Shown piece after piece: positions 8,497 to 17,900 of a stretch of 32,313 nt of DNA. The translations under genes were made by a program, and so were the position numbers. The notes beneath the pieces were generated by a model. The model saw only the letters and a list, made by a program, of their open reading frames with translations. It did not search any database and had not been told where the DNA came from. This DNA is from an uncultured Candidatus Saccharibacteria bacterium. GTDB taxonomy: Bacteria > Patescibacteriota > Saccharimonadia > Saccharimonadales > Saccharimonadaceae. Within the stretch, counting starts at the first letter, position 1. Every line of letters begins with the position of its first letter. Location: contig CAZQMP010000002.1 of NCBI GenBank assembly GCA_964594565.1, positions 1,436 through 33,748 on the forward strand, given 5' to 3'.

Positions 8497-9933
8497 CTAT
8501 TTAAGCTTTTTCTTCAAGATTTCTTGTACGGCAGACGGGTTAGCTTTTCCTCGCGATTCTTTCATTACCTGTCCGACCAAGAAGCCAAGGACTTTCTCGG
8601 AGCCGTTTTTATAGTCCGTTTGCGCCTGCGCAGTTTCAGGCTTCGCAAGGACTGTATCGACGATAGCCTCGAGCGCCGCGGTGTCGTTCTCTTGGAGAAG
8701 ATTCATTTCTTTCGCAAGTTCAACGGCTGGCTTGTTGTTCTTTCCCTTCGTGAAGAAGGCGAGGAAGATTTCTTTCATGGCCGTCGAAGAAATCTTTCCT
8801 TCGGAATACAGGCCAACCAGTCCAATAAGCTGGTCGGTTGTTGGGAGCGGGTCGTTCAAGAGACTGTAGTTTTCTTCCGCAAGTAAAACTGAAGCGAAGA
8901 GGTTCGCAATTCTTTCGACGTCTTTCGAGTTGGAAAGTGTCGCCGAAGCGTCGGAAAGGCTTTTAATGAGCTGAGGATAGTCGAGCAAGATTTCGAGGGT
9001 GTCGGCGGGAACGATTTTGTTGAACTTGGTACGATAATCCGCCGGGAGAGCAGGGCAAGTTTTATATTCGGCTTCGATGAATTCTTTTGAAAGATTGAGC
9101 GGCGGGAGATCTGGTTCAGGCATGTAGCGATAATCCTGAGCCTCTTCCTTCGAACGCTGGGAGGTAGTTTTTCCTGTTGCATCGGACCAGCCGCGAGTTT
9201 CCTGGACAACTTTCTCACCTTTGTCGAGAAGTTTCGACTGACGTTCGTATTCGTATTCAACGGCGCGCTCGATTGAGCGGAACGAGTTTAGGTTCTTAAT
9301 TTCGGCACGAGTTCCGAGCGGGTCGGATTCAGATTTACGCAAGGAGATGTTGACGTCAAAACGCATGTTGCCGTTATAAAGGTCGCCGTTTGTAACTCCT
9401 GCATAAACCATGTTGCGCCAAAGTTCCTTACAATAATCGTGCGCTTCTCTTGCGGAAGTGATGTCGGGCATGGAGACGATTTCGATAAGCGGTGTATCGA
9501 CGCGATTTAAATCAACGAGTGAATACGAGTCGGAATGAGAAAGCTTTCCAGCGTCGCCTTCGAGATGGGCGTGTTCGATACGGATATGTTTCCCAGAAGG
9601 AAGTTCAATATAACCCTCGCCGATAATCGGGGAGTAGAATTGTGTGATTTGGTAACCCTTCGGGGAATCTGGATAGAAATAATGTTTGCGGTCGAAGCGT
9701 GAACGCGGGTTGATTTTTGCGTTCATGGCGGCACCAGCACGAACAGCAAGTTTAACCGCCTCGCCGTTCAAACGCGGAAGCATACCCGGGAGAGCGTAAT
9801 CAACCGGTGACACGCAAGAGTTCGGTTCTTTTCCGCGTGCGTCGTTATCAACTTCGGAGAAAAGCTTGGTTTTTGTCTTTAGCTGGACGTGGCATTCGAT
9901 GCCGATGGTGATTAAATATTTTTGATCAGACAT
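8497..9933 (-). CDS. gatB: Asp-tRNA(Asn)/Glu-tRNA(Gln) amidotransferase subunit B
   Basis: IGIECHVQL, FDRKHYFYPD.PKGYQITQ, EIKNLNSFR, QRSKEEAQDYRYMPEPDLP, GFLVGQVMK...GKANP. Confidence 0.98.
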   Translation of the reverse strand: MSDQKYLITIGIECHVQLKTKTKLFSEVDNDARGKEPNSCVSPVDYALPGMLPRLNGEAVKLAVRAGAAMNAKINPRSRFDRKHYFYPDSPKGYQITQFYSPIIGEGYIELPSGKHIRIEHAHLEGDAGKLSHSDSYSLVDLNRVDTPLIEIVSMPDITSAREAHDYCKELWRNMVYAGVTNGDLYNGNMRFDVNISLRKSESDPLGTRAEIKNLNSFRSIERAVEYEYERQSKLLDKGEKVVQETRGWSDATGKTTSQRSKEEAQDYRYMPEPDLPPLNLSKEFIEAEYKTCPALPADYRTKFNKIVPADTLEILLDYPQLIKSLSDASATLSNSKDVERIANLFASVLLAEENYSLLNDPLPTTDQLIGLVGLYSEGKISSTAMKEIFLAFFTKGKNNKPAVELAKEMNLLQENDTAALEAIVDTVLAKPETAQAQTDYKNGSEKVLGFLVGQVMKESRGKANPSAVQEILKKKLK

Positions 9934-9934
9934 A

Positions 9935-10357
9935 TTAAATCGCTCCTAAATCTTTTAAGGCTTGTTTGAACGTCGCAAGAGCGCGTTTGGATTGTTGATA
10001 GTCGACAGAAAAATGAGGTTCGTGAGCGATTTGGTTGCGGAGTTTGTGCGCATGCCAAACCGAGTCAAGTTTAGAAAACTTTTCTTTGCCGCAGCGTTTC
10101 AACCGTTCTCCCATGGTCTTTCCTTGTATCCCCATCTCACACATAGCTTTATCGAGAAGTTTGTCGGCTTCGACGACTGCCATGTTGTATGTTGCGGGAT
10201 TTTCGCGGGTAAGAGAGTTTTCGATCGCGAGAAAATCGGTCTGGTATTCCATTTTGTCGAAGGAATATTTGCGGCGGGAAGTCAGAAGGATTGCGATAAA
10301 AATTAAAAGACCAACGACAAAAATCGATCCAAATAAAGTTATAAACGAAGCGTCCAT
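9935..10357 (-). CDS. Small membrane-anchored protein with a HEPN-like R-N-x3-H motif
   Basis: N-terminal TM helix, then a helical domain AVVEADKLLD...GKTMGERLK...AHKLRNQIAHE. Start overlaps the gatA stop (TAATG); 1 nt gap to gatB. Confidence 0.75.
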   Translation of the reverse strand: MDASFITLFGSIFVVGLLIFIAILLTSRRKYSFDKMEYQTDFLAIENSLTRENPATYNMAVVEADKLLDKAMCEMGIQGKTMGERLKRCGKEKFSKLDSVWHAHKLRNQIAHEPHFSVDYQQSKRALATFKQALKDLGAI

Positions 10358-11736
10358 TAAGCAAGCTCCTCCACAATTTCGAGCAAGTTTTTGTCGCTAC
10401 GGCGTGGTCCGATAAGTTGGAGACCAAGCGGGAGATTGTCTTTCGAGGTTCCGGACGGGAAAGCGACAGCAGGAACGCCGGCGAGGTTAACCGGGACTGA
10501 CATAACATCTTCGAGATACATTGCAACCGGATCGTTAACTTTTTCGCCAAGTTTAAACGCAGGATTCGGGGCGACTGGAGACAAAATCGCGTCGACTTTT
10601 TCGAAAGCTTTTTCGAACTCGTTTATAATGAGCGTGCGAGCTTTAGCGGCTTTAAGGAAATAAGCATCGTAAAAACCGGAAGAAAGGACGAAGTTTCCGA
10701 TCATGATGCGGCGTTTGTTTTCGCGCATAAAACCTTCGTCGCGAGTATTTTCGTAAAGCGAAGTTAAATCCTTTGAATCTTTTGAACGGAAGCCGTAGCG
10801 AATTCCATCATAGCGAGAAAGGTTTGAAGCAACTTCGGCGGGCTGGATGATGTAGTAAACGGCGAGAGCGTATTCGAGCGTTGGCATCGAAAGTTCAACG
10901 ATTTCGTAACCCTTCGCGCGAGCGAGGGCGACTTTTTCTTCGAGAGATTTTTTAATCTCGGGATTTAAAGCTTTCGATTCGAGAAATTCTTTCACGACGC
11001 CAAGTTTTTTCTTTTCGAGTTTTTTGTCTTCGGTCCCGTAAAAGTCAGGAAGTGAAGTCATGTCTTTTTCGTCGCGACCGCTCGCAACTGACATAAGAAG
11101 GTCGAGGTCAGACGCAGATTTTGCAAAGAAGCCAAGGACGTCGGTCGAACTCGCCATTGCAACAACGCCATAGCGAGAAATCGCGCCGTAAGTCGGTTTG
11201 ATGCCATAAACGCCGTTAAACGAGGCAGGTTGGCGGATCGAACCGCCTGTGTCGGTTCCGGTTGCGAACTCGACAATGTCGAGCGCAACCGCTACGGCGG
11301 AACCGCCGGAGGATCCGCCAGCCACGCGTTCGGTATCAAAAGCATTCTTCGTCGGGCCGAAGAAAGAGTTTTCAGTCGAAGAGCCGTGCGCGAATGCATC
11401 GAGGTTTGTGCGACCGATTAGGATTGCGCCTTCGTTTTCGAGTTTTTCAACACAAGTTGCATCGAGCGGAGATGTTAGACCGGTTAAAATGTTTGCGGAA
11501 GCAGTTGTTTCACCTTGTTTTGAAAGGAAGTTGTCTTTCAAAGCGTAAGGAACGCCGGCGAGCCGGCCGACGGATTCACCTTTTTGGATTTTTTCGTCAA
11601 TTTCGCGAGCTTTTTCGAGCGCCGCTTTTTCATTGATAAAAGTAAAAATATGATGGGTTTTCTGATATTTCTTCGCTTTTTCAAGCGCGGCTTCGACGAG
11701 AGAGACGGCAGATGTGGTTTTGTTGGCTATCTTCAT
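10357..11736 (-). CDS. gatA: Asp-tRNA(Asn)/Glu-tRNA(Gln) amidotransferase subunit A
   Basis: Amidase signature KDN, GGSSGGS, GTDTGGSIRQPA, SNLSRYDG.RYG. Start moved to ATG 11736 (MKIANK), 1 nt after the gatC stop. Confidence 0.97.
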   Translation of the reverse strand: MKIANKTTSAVSLVEAALEKAKKYQKTHHIFTFINEKAALEKAREIDEKIQKGESVGRLAGVPYALKDNFLSKQGETTASANILTGLTSPLDATCVEKLENEGAILIGRTNLDAFAHGSSTENSFFGPTKNAFDTERVAGGSSGGSAVAVALDIVEFATGTDTGGSIRQPASFNGVYGIKPTYGAISRYGVVAMASSTDVLGFFAKSASDLDLLMSVASGRDEKDMTSLPDFYGTEDKKLEKKKLGVVKEFLESKALNPEIKKSLEEKVALARAKGYEIVELSMPTLEYALAVYYIIQPAEVASNLSRYDGIRYGFRSKDSKDLTSLYENTRDEGFMRENKRRIMIGNFVLSSGFYDAYFLKAAKARTLIINEFEKAFEKVDAILSPVAPNPAFKLGEKVNDPVAMYLEDVMSVPVNLAGVPAVAFPSGTSKDNLPLGLQLIGPRRSDKNLLEIVEELA

Positions 11737-11737
11737 A

Positions 11738-12025
11738 TTATAAAACTTTCGGAACTTTAATTTGATTGTCAAAACTTTCGACCGTTAGATTTAGCAAATC
11801 TTCACGGGAAGCGTCTTGGGGCTTGATTTCGTCGTCGCGCCAAACGTTTTCCATCTCAAAAACTTGATAAGTCGGCTCAACTCCCGACGTATCGAGTTCA
11901 TTAAGTTTAGAAATATAGTTAAAAATGTTGCCGAGATCCTTCGCTAGAGATTTCTTCTCTTCATCGTCAAGAGAGAAATTCGACAAACTAGCAAGGTGGT
12001 TGATTGTATCTTCAGTAATTTCCAT
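11738..12025 (-). CDS. gatC: Amidotransferase subunit C
   Basis: I.HLA.LS...L.ELDT.GVEPT....NVWRDD...KVPKVL; first gene of gatCAB. Confidence 0.95.
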   Translation of the reverse strand: MEITEDTINHLASLSNFSLDDEEKKSLAKDLGNIFNYISKLNELDTSGVEPTYQVFEMENVWRDDEIKPQDASREDLLNLTVESFDNQIKVPKVL

Positions 12026-12067
12026 CAATCAAAATTATACCACTTTTTCGAGAGGAAATAAACCGGG

Positions 12068-12508
12068 TTAGTTCGTAAGTTCGTTGATTTGGGTCTTTAA
12101 ATCGAGGATTTCGGTTTTATAGTCGGAAATCTCCGAGCGGAGAATGTCGATTGATTCATTTTTCGAGAGAATGGAGACGAGAGCAAAAACGTTCAGGACG
12201 ACACTAACTAAGAGCGCACCAATAAGGACCGGAACAAGCGGAAACTTTTTCTTTTCGGCAGGAGCCGCCATAATCGAAACAACGTTCGGCTTTGCAGCCG
12301 GAGCGGATTCGAGTTCTTTTACGTCAACTTTGATTTTTTCGACACGTTTTTCTTCGTGGCGTTCGTCATGACGATTTTCGTGACGGTCTTCATGGTCGTC
12401 ACGATCGTCGCGATCGCGTTCGTCATGTTCGTCACGTTCTTCACGTTCGAACTCATCTTCGTGTCGCTCTTCGCCGACAACTTTTTTCTCTTCTTTTTCT
12501 TCTCCCAT
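12068..12508 (-). CDS. Bitopic membrane protein with a charged D/E/R/H low-complexity N-terminus and a C-terminal coiled coil
   Basis: 146 aa; single TM (LVPVLIGALLVSVVLNVFALVSIL) and heptad-like tail; TGtTAAAAT 9 nt upstream of ATG. Confidence 0.8.
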   Translation of the reverse strand: MGEEKEEKKVVGEERHEDEFEREERDEHDERDRDDRDDHEDRHENRHDERHEEKRVEKIKVDVKELESAPAAKPNVVSIMAAPAEKKKFPLVPVLIGALLVSVVLNVFALVSILSKNESIDILRSEISDYKTEILDLKTQINELTN

Positions 12509-12542
12509 GTTGTTTCTATTTTAACATAAACGAGATTAAAAA

Positions 12543-14552
12543 TTAAGATTTTTTCGGACTTTTTATAAGATTTTCTATGTTCGCTATCTGGTCGCGAAGC
12601 ATAGCAGCTTGTTCAAATTCGAGATTCGCTGCAGCAAGTTTCATTTGGGCGGTTAGTTCTTTGACGAGACTTGGCAATTCTTCCTTTGGAATGCGTTTGA
12701 TGTCGAGTTCGGATTTTTCTTCTTTTTCTGGAATGATCGCGCGGAGTCCGGCAGAAATTTCTTTTTGGACGGATTTCGGAGTTATATGATGTTTCTCGTT
12801 ATATTCGGTTTGAATTTCGCGACGACGAGCGGTTTCGGAAATTGCTTTTTCCATTGACTCGGTAACAAAATCAGCATACATGATGACTTTGCCTTCTACG
12901 TGGCGAGCGGCACGCCCGATGGTCTGAATCAGAGCCGATTCAGAGCGTAAGAAGCCTTCTTTATCGGCGTCAAGAATCGCAACAAGTGAAACCTCGGGAA
13001 GGTCGAGGCCTTCGCGAAGTAAGTTGATTCCGACGAGAACGTCGTAGACTCCTGCGCGGAGATCACGGAGAATGTCTCCTCGCTCCAAAGTATCAATGTC
13101 GGAATGGACGTAGGCGGTTTTTATTCCGCGCTCCTTTAGGTGGTCGGTTAAATCTTCGGCCATGCGTTTCGTCAAAGTCGTGACAAGCGTGCGCTGGTTT
13201 TTCGAGATGCGCTTGTCTATTTCTTCCATGAGATCGTCGATTTGATGTTCGGAAGAACGGACTTCGATTTCTGGGTCAAGAAGGCCAGTCGGGCGAATGA
13301 CTTGCTCGGCAGGCTTCGGGCAATTCGAAAGCTCATAGTCGCCAGGGGTCGCGGAAACATAAACGGCGTGGGAGATGTGACGATAGAATTCAGGAAAAGT
13401 AAGTGGGCGGTTGTCGAGCGCGCTCGGAAGACGGAAGCCATAGTCAACGAGATTTAGCTTTCGGCTATGGTCGCCGTTGTACATGCCTCGAACTTGGGGC
13501 AAGGTCATATGGGATTCGTCGACGAGTAACAAGAAGTCCGACGGGAAAAAGTCGAGCAGGGTCGAAGGCGGTTCGCCGGCTTTTCTTCCTTCGAGATGAC
13601 GAGAATAGTTTTCGATTCCTTTGACAAACCCGGTTTCTTTCAACATCTCAAGGTCGTATTTTATGCGTTGAGAAAGGCGTTGGGCTTCGAGATATTTTTG
13701 ATGTTTTTCAAAAAAGGCGAGGCGTTCTTTGTATTCTTTCTCGATTGAAACAAGTGCGCGTTGGAGGTCGGAATCCGGCGTAGCGTAGTGAGTGTTCGGG
13801 AAGATGTGGATATGGTCGGGTTTTTCGCGAATATCGCCCGTCAAAGGTTCGATGATTTTTACGGTTTCGAGGTTATCAAAGCCAAATTCAAATCGATAAG
13901 CCCATTCTCCGGAAGCCGGGAATAAATCGACCGTGTCGCCCATCACGCGGAAATTGCCACGCTCAAACGCGAGGTCGTTGCGATGGTACTGCATCGAGAC
14001 GAGTGTACGGATGAAAGAAAGTTGATCGGGGACCGGAACGTCGCCGGTCGTGACCCATCCAGCAGATTTCTTCCAGAGCGGGAAGGACATTTCTTGGTAG
14101 TTCTCGGGCGAGCCAATACCGTAAATACATGAAACTGAGGCAACAATAATTACGTCGTCGCGAGTTAAAAGCGCTTCAGTCGCGCCGTGGCGGAGCCGAT
14201 CGATTTCTTCATTGATTGCGGAATCTTTTTCGATGTACGTGTCAGTCGAGGCAATATAAGCTTCTGGCTGATAATAGTCGAAGTAAGAAACAAAATAGTG
14301 AACCTCGTTTTTTGGGAAAAATTCGCGAAACTCAGAATAAAGCTGGGCAGCAAGGGTTTTATTATGCGCAAGAACAAGCGTCGGGCGGCCGTAGTTCGCG
14401 ATAATGTTCGCCATCGTGAAAGTTTTTCCAGAGCCGGTCACGCCAAGAAGAGTTTGCTCTTTAATTCCCTCTTTTAGGCCTTTTGTAAGCTGCGCAATAG
14501 CAGCAGGCTGGTCGCCAGTCGGTTGGTATTTTGAAACGAGTTCAAACTTCAT
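12543..14552 (-). CDS. uvrB: Excinuclease ABC subunit B
   Basis: [30 protein letters not shown] beta-hairpin, [25 protein letters not shown] and the C-terminal UVR domain. Confidence 0.99.
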   Translation of the reverse strand: MKFELVSKYQPTGDQPAAIAQLTKGLKEGIKEQTLLGVTGSGKTFTMANIIANYGRPTLVLAHNKTLAAQLYSEFREFFPKNEVHYFVSYFDYYQPEAYIASTDTYIEKDSAINEEIDRLRHGATEALLTRDDVIIVASVSCIYGIGSPENYQEMSFPLWKKSAGWVTTGDVPVPDQLSFIRTLVSMQYHRNDLAFERGNFRVMGDTVDLFPASGEWAYRFEFGFDNLETVKIIEPLTGDIREKPDHIHIFPNTHYATPDSDLQRALVSIEKEYKERLAFFEKHQKYLEAQRLSQRIKYDLEMLKETGFVKGIENYSRHLEGRKAGEPPSTLLDFFPSDFLLLVDESHMTLPQVRGMYNGDHSRKLNLVDYGFRLPSALDNRPLTFPEFYRHISHAVYVSATPGDYELSNCPKPAEQVIRPTGLLDPEIEVRSSEHQIDDLMEEIDKRISKNQRTLVTTLTKRMAEDLTDHLKERGIKTAYVHSDIDTLERGDILRDLRAGVYDVLVGINLLREGLDLPEVSLVAILDADKEGFLRSESALIQTIGRAARHVEGKVIMYADFVTESMEKAISETARRREIQTEYNEKHHITPKSVQKEISAGLRAIIPEKEEKSELDIKRIPKEELPSLVKELTAQMKLAAANLEFEQAAMLRDQIANIENLIKSPKKS

Positions 14553-14561
14553 AGGATTAGT

Positions 14562-14960
14562 TTAAATCCTTAAGCTTTCGAAGTCAATCTTTTTGTATGT
14601 AAATTTTTTTACGTCAGAGATTTTTTCGGTTGTGAGGGATTTTACGTAAATATAATAGTCGGTTTCTTCGTCAAGTTCGAAGTCGTCGTAATTTTCCCAT
14701 TCACAGTTTTCTGCGCCTTCGACTTTCTGGACGCAGTAAACAAATTGCTCGTTTAGGATTTGTTCGATGGCGGATTCAGGGAATCCGGTTTGTGCGCGAA
14801 CAATCAAAGTCGATCCGTCCGTCTCTAGGCTAAACACTGTTGGATTTTTTGCAAAGTTCTTTCGAGAATGAAGAACGAGACTAATCGCGGTGAAAATAAT
14901 CAGAATCGCGACAAAAGCAGAAACGAGAATAACGATAAGATTTTTTTGGCGTTTATTCAC
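14562..14960 (-). CDS. Small membrane-anchored hypothetical protein (beta-sandwich-like ectodomain)
   Basis: GTG start at 14960 overlaps the 3' end of the upstream gene; basic N-terminus plus TM helix; YC...C.W...YYIYVK pattern. Confidence 0.7.
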   Translation of the reverse strand: MNKRQKNLIVILVSAFVAILIIFTAISLVLHSRKNFAKNPTVFSLETDGSTLIVRAQTGFPESAIEQILNEQFVYCVQKVEGAENCEWENYDDFELDEETDYYIYVKSLTTEKISDVKKFTYKKIDFESLRI

Positions 14961-17900
14961 AATCACTCTCCATATTATAATCGTTTTCAGCATAGCAGAG
15001 ATACTTCCTGAAGGCGGAATTTAAAGAATCGGTCGTATAGCCAAGAGTTGTGCTGTAGTAGGCGCCGTAGCGATCACGATAGTACGCAATGAAGGCTTCG
15101 GCCAGGAATTCAAATCCTTCGTCGTCACTAAAAGCGTATTCGCTGAGCGGGCGGTCGGCGTCCGCGGTCGAATCGTCTTGAGCATTGCGGATGGCGAGGA
15201 GTTCCGAGCGGGCAGTCGTAAATTCGGAATAATCGTGGAGGAAAGTTCCAGTACGCTCATAGAAAGCGCCGTCAAGAGCGTGCCCGAGTTCGTGAATGAT
15301 GGCATGTTTAATGTAGCCGTCTGCGGCGTCGTCGTATGGCGAGAGAATGTCGACAGGGGCGAAAACACCAAAGTATGGGTAAGTTACGCCCGCAGAGCCA
15401 TCGTGACTCGGATAGGCGTTATACGTCGTATAGTTCGAGAAGCGCATCTTTCCGTAAAGAGTTTTGAGTGCAGGGACGTTATTGAAGGCGCGTTCGATAT
15501 ATTCAGTATAATCAGTTCGAACGGAGCTTTCGATTGTGTCTTGGAATTCGACAGGATAGTATGCGTTTTCATTCGAGTCGTCGACGGAAACCTTTTTTGT
15601 TTCACCAAGGACAAAGTTACTGAGCGAGTACCAGTCCCAGATGCGAGCATAGAGCGTTCCGCTACCGGTAATGTTTAAGCTGTAGACGAGATAGACGTCT
15701 CCGCCAGGGTTAATTCCATAGCCAAGCACCATATGTCCGGGCGAATAGACGCGAGGGACACTAGCGAGTTTGCAGGTGTTGAGGTTGTAACTCACACAGT
15801 TTGTTGATCCTTCGAAGCTTAAGGCGGTCGCGGCGAGGTTGTTGTTCAACCAGTTGCCGTAGGCGATTTCTGTCGTTCCGCTTTGGAAAGTTGTGTTTTT
15901 ACTGAAGTAGACGACGATATTGTTCTGGGAGATAGAATAATAAGTCGTATCTTCGCCGAGTTGGAAAGGAATGCCAGCGCCGAGCGTGACAGGGCCGTTC
16001 TCGCTTAGGCCCCAGCCAGCGGCATAGTTATTACTGTCGGAGGAAGTAAGGGTCGGAGAGACGAGTTGGCAAGTCGAGGCGCCGTTATAGAGGAAGCATT
16101 GGGTTGTTCCGCCGGATTGGCTCATGAACGAAGACGTGCTAGAAGGAATGGTGAAAGTTGCACGGACGGGAGCCGTTCGCCGAGTAATCGAGTAGTAAGT
16201 TTCTTCGCGAGAGAAGTTAAACGAAGCGCCAGGAGTCAAAGAAGCGGTTGTTGCGGTCGGGTCAGTATTCCAGCCGAGCGCCGTATAGCCGGACGCGGCA
16301 GTTAGCTCAGGCACGGTTCCTGGGCAGTAGGTTGCGCCGTTATAGAGGTTGCATTGAACGTCGACGGAAGTCGAAGTGACGGCGTTGTGATCTTGGACTT
16401 GGAAGAGGATGTGGATTACGACTCGAGAAACACTGTAGTATTCGGTATTCTCGTAAACGGTCGCGGATTCTCCGCCATAGAATTCAGGTTCGTCGGCGTT
16501 CATAATCCAGCTCCAGCCGAGGAAGTCGGAAGAGTCGATGGTCGGAAAGACGAATGTACATTCTTTTGTGCCGCGGTAGAGGACGCAAGTATGAGTTGTT
16601 GTTTCAGTCCCGTTATGGAAGGTTACGACAATGGTTTTCTTGGTGATAGCGTAGAAAATTTCACCGCCAGAAATCGACGTTGTTCCGCCGGAAGCGACAG
16701 TCGCTTCTTCTGCTTCGCTTGACAAAGCCCATCCGAGCGGAGCGTGACCGTTGGAACCTCGGAGAGTCGGGGCAACAATTTCGCAACTTGAAGCGCCGTT
16801 GTAGCGCAAACAAGAAGTCGTTCCTCCATCCATGGAAGAAATGGTCGAATCTTGAAGGCGGAAAGTTGCGGAAATTGGCGAAGAGTCACGCGTAATTGAG
16901 TAGAAAGTTGTATCGGAACTTATTTCCGCGCTCGTTCCGAACGGGACGGAAGCAGAAGTCGACGAGGAGATAGTGTTCCAGCCGAGAGCCTCGTAACCAG
17001 AATTTGCGGTCAGGCTCGGCGCAACGATTTCGCAACTTGAAGCGCCGTTGTAAAGTTCGCAGGTCAAGGTTGACTCGCCCGACAACGTCGCGGCAGAAGA
17101 ATCTTGAATGACAAAGGTCGCAGAAAGCGGAGTCGTTTTCTTCGTTACGGAATAGTAGGTTATGTTTTCTGTCAGGAGAATCGTCGTCGCGGAGAGCTCG
17201 GCGGTTGTTGAGGCGGCAGTCCGACTCCAGCCGAGAAGCGCGTAGCCAGAGTTTAGCTCGACGGTCGGGACGTTCACGGAACAGCTTTGCTCGCCAGCTT
17301 CCGGAAGACACGAAACGGTTGAACGGCTCAGAGTCCCGGCGGCAGGATCTTGAAGGATGAAAGTCGCAGAGAGATAAAGGTCAGAGCGAACGACGGCATA
17401 AAAAGTCTTTCCGTCTTCATCGGCACCGAGGTAGAAAGTTTCGCCAGATTCGAGAGAAATCTGCTCTTCGTCGTTAGGGTTATGCCATCCAAGGGCGGTA
17501 TAGTTTTCGTTTGCGACAAGGTTCGGCGCCACGAGTTGACATTCAGTCGCAGCGTTATAAAGCAGACATTCAGTCGTCCCGCCGTTCATGGTTGCGGAAT
17601 CCGGGTCAGGGATCGTGAAGACGGCATGAATCGGAGTATCGCGACGAGTGATGGAATAGAAAATTGTGTCTCCGACAAGGTTATAAGTTGTGTTTTGAGC
17701 GATACTTGCGGTTGTCGAAGATGGAGTTAGGTTCCAGCCGAGAGCAGTATATCCCGAAGCGACAAGAAGCGGGGCGGTCATGATTGGGCAGGAATATTCT
17801 TCATTGTAAATCGAGCAAGAGGAAGAAGTCGTGGTCGTCGAAGCGTGAATAGAATCCTGGACTGCGAAGCTCGCGGTAAGAGTGCGCTTGGCGATGGCGT

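Noticed and set aside
11737-11772. Longer gatA start (TTG 11772)
   Set aside because: It overlaps gatC; ATG 11736 sits 1 nt after the gatC stop.
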